DNA of 62,121 bases, the filler included, from Gemmatimonadota bacterium (GTDB lineage Bacteria > 4572-55 > J002), in the NCBI GenBank assembly GCA_003697105.1. It is 5 parts of 5 records of this genome, joined end to end, with 100 filler letters (N's around TTAATTAATTAA, not from the genome) between each part and the next. Parts side by side here need not be neighbours in the genome. Positions count along the whole stretch, not along the records: positions 51,044 to 59,121 come from RFFQ01000153.1; 4 more parts are not named here. One strand, written 5' to 3'. Shown one piece after another: positions 51,044-59,221 of the stretch (position 1 is its first letter; the number at the start of each line of letters is the position of its first letter). Both the position numbers and the translations under genes were made by a program. The notes below the pieces were generated by a model. The model was not told where the DNA came from and searched no databases. It saw only the letters and a program-made list of their open reading frames with translations.

Positions 51044-51975
51044 AGCGGGTCAACTTCAATTTCCGGTGTTCCGCCGCTTTCCCCTCCGATGCCGTCCAGT
51101 GGGACATTGAAGATGGGGTCTTGATTCGAGAAATTGATGATTTGCAAGTTGTCGCTGATTTCACCTGCCCGATCCGGACTAAAATGCACCTGAAAGTCAT
51201 AAACTTCGGTTTCGGCGATTTCCAAGATGCCGCTAACCTCTAAAATGGCACTTGGATTCCCCCATTCCAAAACCCCCAACCCGCTTACTTCAATGGTAAA
51301 AGCCGGATCGAACGTGACTAAACTGGTGATATAGAGGTCGTCATCACCGGTATTCGCAATGCTCACCGTTTGGCTTGCCATTTCGCCAATTTCGACCTCG
51401 CCATATGTGATACTCAATGGAGAAACAGACATTTCCCCCACGTCATCATCTGTAAGGTTTGGTGCGCCCGGCGTGCCGTCTTCTGTTTCGGCTAGCCAGG
51501 CATACGGTTGGCTGTTATCCAATACTGGCGCAATTAACTCCAGAGACCGGTTTCGATCATCTCCATCGGCATCGTCGGGCCACGGTCGATCATCTAAATA
51601 CGGAACCAGATCAACCAAATTGTCATCTGGGTCGAACAGGCGTACCTGATCACCATCATTACCTAAATCAAACCCATAACTGCCGATGACGTTATCCACA
51701 TCGTCATAATAGGCTTGAAAGGCACTCAAATTTCGGGCGAGTACGACATATTGACCCGCCGGTAACGAGTATGGGGGCAGAGTGAATTCTTCGTCCCCGC
51801 CATTCCGAAAAATCCACCCGCCCAAATTCAACGAGGTTGGTCCCGCGTTATACAGCTCGATAAATTCAGTTTCATCACTTAAATATGGGTTGTACTGAAT
51901 CTCATTGATGACGACTTGCGCTTGCGCCAAACTCGCCCCGATCAAGAGCCAGAAGAGAATTAATCGTGATAACAT
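51044..51975 (-). CDS. Secreted lamin-tail-domain protein with ASH/Ig-like repeats, 3'-truncated
   Basis: VVINEIQYNP..EFIELYN, LGNDGDQVRL, GTPGAPN, then SVSPLSITYGEV..IANTG. Confidence 0.82.
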
Positions 51976-52030
51976 GACTGCTCCTTTTTTATTTGTGGGG
52001 TGACACTACGTTCTATTCGGAAATATTTCC

Positions 52031-54490
52031 TTATTTGAGCAATACCATTGGTCGCGTTTCGGTAAACTCTCCGGCATCAAGGTGATAGAGATATACTCCT
52101 GATGGAACGGGTGTTCCGGCACTGTTCGTCCCGTTCCATTCCACCGCATAGTGATCTGCCGCTTGCGGCTGATCGACTAAAACCCGGATCAACTGCCCCT
52201 TGAGGCTGTAAATCGATAGTGTGGCGTGAGTTTCCACCGGTAACGTGTAGCGGATAGTCGTTTTGGGGTTAAACGGATTGGGGTAATTTTGGAGTAATGT
52301 GTAATGTTGAGGCGTCGTTTCCACTGCCGGCAGTTCAACCCCTTTGGGATCGGCAAGTTTGATGTTGTCTATCTCCACGAGCGCGGTTCCAGACTGCTTC
52401 ACGTAAAATTCCAACGTGGCAATCACGCCGCCGCCGGTAACGGCGCCGCCCGCGCCGTAACTGAATGCCGCATAGCGGGTTTGTCCTGCCTCAATGGTCG
52501 CCTCAATATCTGCCACATACCGTCCAGATTTCCCCAGAAAGCCGCGTTGCTCAATCTGCCGGAGTTCCAGTTGTTCCGGGGCGTAGCGCACATCAAACTG
52601 GTACGCGCCCAGACCTTCCGCATAGCTCACATTATCAACCTGTACATCAATTGCCAGTACCTCTCCGGCAGAGACCGACCGGTTATAATTTGCCAAACTG
52701 ACTTGAATCTCATGAACGCCGGTGGGCGTACCGGTGGAGGGTATTTCTTCCGGGAAGGGGCTGGTTTCACCCCAGTGAGATGCAATGATCTGTAAATCCA
52801 GCACATCGATACAGCCATTTTCATCAAAATCATATGCCGGAACGTACCCGACCTCACCGGAACAGGTATTCCAGCGATCCGCAACCAACTGAATATCGAG
52901 CGCGTCCACTTCACCGTCATTATCGGGATCGAACGGATAGGGTTGCTCCACAATCGAGACGCTACCGTTGGCAATCCGCGTGGGGATACTCACCCCGTGA
53001 ATATTACCCACCTGCACATTATCAAAGGTGATGTTTGCCGTGCCCATTCCTAAACTTGTCCAGTAGATGACACCCAAAATGCCGGCGCCGCTGGGTCCGG
53101 CATTATCGCCGTAGCTGTATGCGCCAAAGTCCAATCGACCGGCGGTATTATCCACAACCGGTCCCAGTGGGGAGACGGTACGTCCGGTACTGCCTAGAAA
53201 ATCACCCAATTCGACCGAATCGACCTGCACGAGTGCCGCATTAAAGGTTACATCCAGATCGAAGGCACCTAAATTGTTGACATCATCAATCACAATATGG
53301 GTCACAAAGGGCATCCCCTCCGATGTTTGTTGCCAACTGGGATCGACTCGAACGACGGTATTCGTGGGTTGTCCCACATTAAACCGGTAGGTATTGTTGG
53401 GCGCACCGCCCGGATCGGTGGCGCGTTCTCCATCACCGGCAATTGCGGCGACATAGTAATCAACGGTGGTGCCCAAAGCTTGTCCCGGAATATCTGCCGT
53501 GTACGTTACCGGGTCGGAGCCACCGCCACCGCCACCGCCGCCTCCTTGTGGCGTGGCGTAAATTCGCATTCCATCCACGTGGCAACCGCTGGTGTTGCAC
53601 GAGCCATTACTGAACGTACTTATCATGTCAAATGTTTCGCCGTTGTAGCTTAAACTGGCGGTATAGGGGGGTTGGGGGGTTGGGTCATCATCGTCCACTT
53701 CCAGCCAGATGTTGCCATACAGTTGGCTACTCGTCAGGGTGTACGTATGTCCGGCGTTGTCTTCAATGGTGATAATCGCTCCCGGAACGACATTCGACCC
53801 GTTGAGGTCGTCATAAATTGTGCCACCAAAGGCAAACTCATCTTCACCGGGACCGCCGTCATAATGGCATGCTCCGCAGTCCTCACCGGGGCGGTGCGAT
53901 TCATCCTCATCATCGTCCCGCAAGCCCCAATCAAAGCGGGTTTCATGTACCGGTGGGATGAATGACACGGCGGGGACTTCGGTCATGGCAACTTCGGTAA
54001 AATTAACACCGCCATCTATGCTATAAAAGAGGGAGACGGACTCGACCCCGCTCTCATCTAAGACGGTCGTTTGAACCTCATAAGGACCGTTTTCGTCTTC
54101 GGTATCTGGCAATTGAGTGGTGTTGCTGATCAAGGGTCCACCGGTTGCCCCGGGGAAGGATGCCGGGTCTCCTGGATTTGTCACCTCTGCCGGATTGCCC
54201 GGATCGGGGTCACCAATTGACCACGTGCCGGTGGAATCTTGCAATTCCACACCGTTGGAGTAGCCATCATTGTCAGAATCAATGGCGGCGAGTACCGCAT
54301 CCCAAAGATGGTTGTTCGCGGCAAAATCATCGGCAAAGGGGGTATGGGTGCCCCCTTGTTGGGTCGCGTGGCAGGAGAGGCACATATCAACTGCGCCATT
54401 GGGGATTTGATTTTCATAGCCGGGCAGTGCCCAGACCACTAGAGGGGCGCAAATAAAAAGAATACCGAGTAAAATCAACTGCTTATACAT
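52031..54490 (-). CDS. Secreted multi-heme c-type cytochrome with cohesin-dockerin-cohesin and FlgD/T9SS-like domain
   Basis: GGAGG RBS and signal peptide. Heme motifs CLSCH (54368-54382), CGACH (53864-53878), CNTSGCH (53579-53599). Two cohesin-like repeats (LGAFDLDVTFN / LGAYQFDVRY), dockerin (DPDNDGEVDALDI..DFDENGCIDVLDL), LLQNYPNPFNP. Confidence 0.8.
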   Translation of the reverse strand: MYKQLILLGILFICAPLVVWALPGYENQIPNGAVDMCLSCHATQQGGTHTPFADDFAANNHLWDAVLAAIDSDNDGYSNGVELQDSTGTWSIGDPDPGNPAEVTNPGDPASFPGATGGPLISNTTQLPDTEDENGPYEVQTTVLDESGVESVSLFYSIDGGVNFTEVAMTEVPAVSFIPPVHETRFDWGLRDDDEDESHRPGEDCGACHYDGGPGEDEFAFGGTIYDDLNGSNVVPGAIITIEDNAGHTYTLTSSQLYGNIWLEVDDDDPTPQPPYTASLSYNGETFDMISTFSNGSCNTSGCHVDGMRIYATPQGGGGGGGGGSDPVTYTADIPGQALGTTVDYYVAAIAGDGERATDPGGAPNNTYRFNVGQPTNTVVRVDPSWQQTSEGMPFVTHIVIDDVNNLGAFDLDVTFNAALVQVDSVELGDFLGSTGRTVSPLGPVVDNTAGRLDFGAYSYGDNAGPSGAGILGVIYWTSLGMGTANITFDNVQVGNIHGVSIPTRIANGSVSIVEQPYPFDPDNDGEVDALDIQLVADRWNTCSGEVGYVPAYDFDENGCIDVLDLQIIASHWGETSPFPEEIPSTGTPTGVHEIQVSLANYNRSVSAGEVLAIDVQVDNVSYAEGLGAYQFDVRYAPEQLELRQIEQRGFLGKSGRYVADIEATIEAGQTRYAAFSYGAGGAVTGGGVIATLEFYVKQSGTALVEIDNIKLADPKGVELPAVETTPQHYTLLQNYPNPFNPKTTIRYTLPVETHATLSIYSLKGQLIRVLVDQPQAADHYAVEWNGTNSAGTPVPSGVYLYHLDAGEFTETRPMVLLK

Positions 54491-54537
54491 GATATATCCT
54501 CCAAAAATACAGGTGAGAGAAACCGGTAGTTTCCGGT

Positions 54538-55932
54538 TCAATCGGTTTCCGTTTCATCATCGCTGATGAGACCGTACTTTTTTAATTTGTAGTGCAAATG
54601 ACTGCGGCTAACCCCCAGCAACCGCGCGGCTTGCGCCTGTACGTCTTTTGATGTTGCTAATGCTTTAGCAATAATCTGTTTTTCGATGTCTTCGATGAGT
54701 TCGGGTAAGGTTTCGCCGTTTTCCAAGCGGCGCAAATAATTCTCACTATCGGTTGGTTCGCTATTCATCTTTTCGAAGGTTTCGGGCAAGGCGGTGGGGG
54801 TAATGGTTTCGGTGGGGGAGAGTACGACGGCGCGTTCGATCACATTTTGCAATTCCCGAATATTGCCGGGCCAGGAATAGTGTGTGAGCAGGCGGTAGGT
54901 TTCGGCACTGAGGACGGTCTGTTTGTTTAGTTGGCGGTTGTACTGTTCCAAAAAGTGTTGTGCCAATAAAGGGATGTCATCTTTACGTTCTGCCAAAGGG
55001 GGTAGATGGATCTGCACCACGCTCAGGCGGTAGTACAAATCTTGCCGGAATTTGCCGGTGTCCATCAGCTGTTGTAGATTTTGATTGGTGGCGGCAATGA
55101 TCCGCACGTCCACTTTGATGGGTGAGATGCCGCCAACCCGCTCAAATTCCTGCTCCTGCAATGCCCGTAGAATTTTAGCTTGTAAGCTGAGTTGCATATC
55201 GCCGATCTCATCTAAAAAGAGGGTGCCCCCGTTGGCGAGTTCAAATTTTCCCTTTTTTTGCTGGTGGGCGCCGGTGAAAGCTCCTTTTTCATAGCCGAAC
55301 AACTCGCTTTCCAGTAGATCGTGGGGGATGGCGGCACAGTTGATCTTAACAAAGGGCTGGTGAGCCCGGTCGCTGAGTCCGTGAATCGCTTTGGCAATCA
55401 GTTCTTTGCCGGTGCCGCTTTCTCCTAAAATCAGAACCGTTGTGGGCGTAGGCGCCACCTGCCGGACGATTTCAAAAATATGTTGCATCTTGCTGTTCCG
55501 GCTGATGATATTCCGAAATTCATATTGTTGCCGGACTTCCTCCCGTAATTGGCGGTTTTCCCGCCGCAGGTCATAGACCTCCAGCGCTTTGGCGACGGTA
55601 GATTTGATCTGGTTGACTTCAAATGGTTTGGTGATATAGTCAAACGCACCCTGGCGCATTGCCTCAACGGCACTTTCAATCGAACCATGCGCCGTAATGA
55701 GTACAACCGGAACATCTGGGGCGATCTGCTTGATTTCGCTCATTAACTGCATCCCATCCATGTTGGACATGCGAATATCACTGATGACCAGATGGCATTC
55801 GATTAATTTGAAGGTTTCCAAAGCAGTCAACCCATCTGTGGCGGTGCGGATGGTGTGCCCTTCTTCCTCTAGCATCATCCGCAAGACGGTCAGCATATTT
55901 TTTTTGTTATCGACAATCAGGATATGCGCCAT
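54538..55932 (-). CDS. Sigma-54-dependent (NtrC/AtoC-type) response regulator
   Basis: REC, GESGTGKE, ESELFGYEKGAFTGA, FLDEIGD, WPGNIRELQN, Fis HTH. Start at MAHILIV with GGAG RBS. Confidence 0.95.
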   Translation of the reverse strand: MAHILIVDNKKNMLTVLRMMLEEEGHTIRTATDGLTALETFKLIECHLVISDIRMSNMDGMQLMSEIKQIAPDVPVVLITAHGSIESAVEAMRQGAFDYITKPFEVNQIKSTVAKALEVYDLRRENRQLREEVRQQYEFRNIISRNSKMQHIFEIVRQVAPTPTTVLILGESGTGKELIAKAIHGLSDRAHQPFVKINCAAIPHDLLESELFGYEKGAFTGAHQQKKGKFELANGGTLFLDEIGDMQLSLQAKILRALQEQEFERVGGISPIKVDVRIIAATNQNLQQLMDTGKFRQDLYYRLSVVQIHLPPLAERKDDIPLLAQHFLEQYNRQLNKQTVLSAETYRLLTHYSWPGNIRELQNVIERAVVLSPTETITPTALPETFEKMNSEPTDSENYLRRLENGETLPELIEDIEKQIIAKALATSKDVQAQAARLLGVSRSHLHYKLKKYGLISDDETETD

Positions 55933-56085
55933 ATCCAACTCCGGGAATCCGTTGGAGTTCCAAAATCTGAAGGGTGAGTAACTTCGGTTTAGAGTCCTGG
56001 GGTCAAGACACCTTGTGACCCCGACGTCTGTCAAAAAATTTGAAATCGATTCCAGTTTGCGTCAAAGAATTTGTACGCGGTGAGC

Positions 56086-57360
56086 TTAGTCCGAATGGGT
56101 GGAAACGGTGTCCGACACGGGTGAATCCTCGATATTACCATCCTCCGTTATATCACGGATAGGCAGTACTATTGTAAAAACCGTGCCATTTCCGAGTTCG
56201 CTATCCACCAGAATTCGCCCGCCGTGCTCTGAGATGATGTTGGCGGCAATGGCTAACCCCAGCCCGGTGCCTTCATCTTTCGTGGTAAAAAAGGGTTCAA
56301 ACAGCATGGAAAGGTTTTTACGCGGGATGCCCAGACCGGTATCAATAAACGCAATTTCGATGCGATGTGTGATATGGCGGGTTTTTAGGGTCAACTGGCC
56401 GCCATGGGGCATGGCTTGTATCGCGTTCAGAAAGAGATTTAAAAAGACCTGATGTAATGCGTTGCGGTCAACGGCGGTCAAGGGTAAATGGGGGTCGTAT
56501 GTTTCGATGACGTTCACATGTGGCGGCAGAGTTTCCTGAGCTAAATTGACCACTTGATGGAGTATCTCGTTGATGTCTCGCTGTTCCAATTGCAGTTTTA
56601 CTGGGCGGGAATATCGCAAGAAGTCGTTAATAAATTCGTTTAAACGGCTGGCTTCCTCCTGAATCGCCGCCGTGAGTACCCGGCAACGGAGGTTTTCAAG
56701 TTCCATGCTTTGGATAAGATCGGTTGAGCTTTTGATGATACTCAGTGGGTTACGGATTTCATGGGCAATCCCCGCCGAAAGCCGCCCAATCGCTGCCATC
56801 TTCTCTTGCCGGGAGATTTCCGTCCGTGCCCGTTGTAACTCTGTATTTTGGGCTTCCAATGAGGCTATCATTTTCGCCGTCTGGATTTTTTCCCGGCGGT
56901 ACTCCCGTCCCATAAAATAGACCACCAAGCCGATCACAAAAAAGAGGATTATCTTTGAGACCGTCTCAAAAATCTCATGATCGAAGACGGTCAATTCGTG
57001 GGCTTGCGGCGAAAAAATCAAGGTACTGCCAAATCCAATTGATGCCAACGTGCAGACCAGAATAACCCCCTTGAGATGCTGTTCTGCCGCGATGATGATG
57101 ATCGGAATGGTATAGAGCGGAAAAAACGCGCTTTCGTAAGCTCCGGTGGTGTAAACAAGCGTGGTCGTGAGGATGATGTTGGTCAGAGAGTCAATCAGAT
57201 GTTTTTCTTTTAGATGCTGGCTGGCAAGATATTGTAGCAAGATTGCCCCGAAAAATGCGCCGTAAACGTAAAGACGGGCATTGCCCGCATCGCCAAATAG
57301 CAGAAAGAACACCAGAGCGGCAACGGCAGTAAGGACATTAATTTGATCGAATAGTTTCAT
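56086..57360 (-). CDS. Membrane sensor histidine kinase (PilS/NtrB-like)
   Basis: About 5-6 TM helices, AHEIRNPL, NLFLNAIQAM, DTGLGI, FEPFFTTK, GTGLGL. Confidence 0.93.
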   Translation of the reverse strand: MKLFDQINVLTAVAALVFFLLFGDAGNARLYVYGAFFGAILLQYLASQHLKEKHLIDSLTNIILTTTLVYTTGAYESAFFPLYTIPIIIIAAEQHLKGVILVCTLASIGFGSTLIFSPQAHELTVFDHEIFETVSKIILFFVIGLVVYFMGREYRREKIQTAKMIASLEAQNTELQRARTEISRQEKMAAIGRLSAGIAHEIRNPLSIIKSSTDLIQSMELENLRCRVLTAAIQEEASRLNEFINDFLRYSRPVKLQLEQRDINEILHQVVNLAQETLPPHVNVIETYDPHLPLTAVDRNALHQVFLNLFLNAIQAMPHGGQLTLKTRHITHRIEIAFIDTGLGIPRKNLSMLFEPFFTTKDEGTGLGLAIAANIISEHGGRILVDSELGNGTVFTIVLPIRDITEDGNIEDSPVSDTVSTHSD

Positions 57361-57436
57361 GAGCCATCTTTCTGATCCCGAAAACTCAAAGATACGAAAA
57401 AACAGTGTGTCAGCGAGTCTAGTGGTTCCAAATTTT

Positions 57437-59071
57437 TTACCAACGGTAACCTACAGAAAGCCAGAGGTGATGCCCTTGGCGCAGGTCGCCGGTTTGATAG
57501 AAATACTGCCCTTGTAGCGTTATGTTTTGAGGTTTCCATAAATAAGACCCGTACCACCGCAATTCTTGCTGGTTGAGGGTGCGACTCATTTCGTGGGATT
57601 GATTGTAGTGCTCTAACCGCACGGTAACACCTGCCGATCCCCACTCAAATGTACGGTACAGATCAACGGAAGGCGCATGACCCTTTAGAAAGCGGTTATC
57701 GGCGTATTGGTAGCGCACTGTCAGAATCGATTGGGCATCCCACAGGGAATTGACCCGTAGGTAGTGAGACACGGAAAATGCCGGTTTTGTCTGCCCCGTT
57801 TGAACCCGCCAGCCAATGGATGTGCCGGTCTTCAACGAGGGGGAGAGTTTCCAGTCTCCACCCCCACGAAACCCCTGTTGTTGCGCGTTAAAAAAGAGGC
57901 TATCGGGAATATCTCGATTTTCGGTCTGCCGCACGTTTTCCGAGTGGGTATAGGCGGCAGAAATATGCATATTGGCGTGTACTTGATAGCGGATCGAAAG
58001 ATTAAACCGGCTCAGTTGCAGTTGACCCGCGCCGGTATTCGCTTTCCAGCCACGATTGAGATCGACTTCTGCTTGTTGGTAAACGGATAACCGGCGGTGT
58101 TCCCAGTAGTTTGCTTGCAGATACAGCACCTCCCGGCTAACTTCACCTTGGATATATTGCCCCACTACGCCCACAGTTGCCTTGTATTTACGGGAGCGAT
58201 AATCGCCGCGATCCAGATAGAGATACCCTCCATATTTTTGCTGGTCCGGATTCGGCTCCGAACGGGTTAAATCCGGTTGAAATCCACCTAAAACACCAAT
58301 GCCCCAACCCGTGGCATGATAGACCGCTTCCATGCCATCCCAACTGCCGCCGCCCCGCATGTAATCAGAATAAATCCGCCCGAAATGGAGGGTGTACGAC
58401 GACGGTTGGTAACTCAGTTCCGCATAGTAGAACCGGTTTCGCCATTCTGTCTCGCGGACCGCGGCGCTAATATTCCGGCGGCGCATTTGGTAGCGGCTGC
58501 GGGCTTTCAAGCGGAAATGGAGCGGCATACCCCCCAAATTTTCCACTTTATACGTGATTCTAAATTGGGGTTGGTAAAAATCTTCGCCAAATTTAGACTG
58601 ATCCTGAAATGCTTCCACTCCCACTTCCGCGCGTCCCCGAATCGTTGTGTTGAGTTGATCCGCCGGGGGTGGGGGTGGGAGGAGTTCCGGTCGAGTTTGG
58701 GATTCGGAGGGGCTGGAGCGAACTTTAGGGAGCATTTCGGGTGCTCCGGCTTGCTTTGTGTGGGGGGTGAATCGCACTTCGTCTGCTACTTGCAAATTTG
58801 TTGTTTGGGATTCCACTTCACAAGCGGCTGAATGTGGTGCGACATGACGTACCCGCAGGATGGCGACTGGTGTTCCATTCCGCCAGACCTGCACCCGGTC
58901 GTCTATTTCTATTCCGGCGGCTTTGCCCTGATCGATGTAAACCATGCCGGCAGCGATGTACTTAATTTTAGCCGTGCCTTGTGCTTGTGCGGTCCCAATT
59001 ATCAGCAGAATAAACCATAATACAGCAAAAAATAAATTGTGCAGGTAGTTAATTCGATCTCTTTTTGTCAT
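57437..59071 (-). CDS. Putative outer-membrane beta-barrel protein with small N-terminal beta domain
   Basis: Signal peptide, VYIDQGKAAGI..DDRVQV domain, Pro-rich linker, amphipathic beta strands, terminal LSVGYRW. Confidence 0.72.
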   Translation of the reverse strand: MTKRDRINYLHNLFFAVLWFILLIIGTAQAQGTAKIKYIAAGMVYIDQGKAAGIEIDDRVQVWRNGTPVAILRVRHVAPHSAACEVESQTTNLQVADEVRFTPHTKQAGAPEMLPKVRSSPSESQTRPELLPPPPPADQLNTTIRGRAEVGVEAFQDQSKFGEDFYQPQFRITYKVENLGGMPLHFRLKARSRYQMRRRNISAAVRETEWRNRFYYAELSYQPSSYTLHFGRIYSDYMRGGGSWDGMEAVYHATGWGIGVLGGFQPDLTRSEPNPDQQKYGGYLYLDRGDYRSRKYKATVGVVGQYIQGEVSREVLYLQANYWEHRRLSVYQQAEVDLNRGWKANTGAGQLQLSRFNLSIRYQVHANMHISAAYTHSENVRQTENRDIPDSLFFNAQQQGFRGGGDWKLSPSLKTGTSIGWRVQTGQTKPAFSVSHYLRVNSLWDAQSILTVRYQYADNRFLKGHAPSVDLYRTFEWGSAGVTVRLEHYNQSHEMSRTLNQQELRWYGSYLWKPQNITLQGQYFYQTGDLRQGHHLWLSVGYRW

Positions 59072-59080
59072 TCTAAAACT

Positions 59081-59116
59081 CTCCCAATTCTTCCCAACTC
59101 CCCAACTCCCCAACTC
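59081..59116. repeat. Short 8-bp tandem repeat (CCCCAACT-like)
   Basis: ctcccaat-tc-ttcccaact-ccccaact-ccccaact-c near the contig end. Confidence 0.6.
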
Positions 59117-59121
59117 ATAAA

Positions 59122-59221
59122 NNNNNNNNNNNNNNNNNNNNNNNNNNNNNNNNNNNNNNNNNNNNTTAATTAATTAANNNNNNNNNNNNNNNNNNNNNNN
59201 NNNNNNNNNNNNNNNNNNNNN
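59122..59221. other. Artificial contig-joining spacer
   Basis: N run with TTAATTAATTAA. Confidence 0.97.

Noticed and set aside
50054-54490. Apparent single cluster of dockerin genes converging on the cohesin-cytochrome gene
   Set aside because: A contig spacer at 50944-51043 separates them, so physical linkage is unsupported
29243-59221. Four identical TTAATTAATTAA motifs inside N runs
   Set aside because: Artificial contig linkers, not biological repeats. ORFs running into them have false ends.
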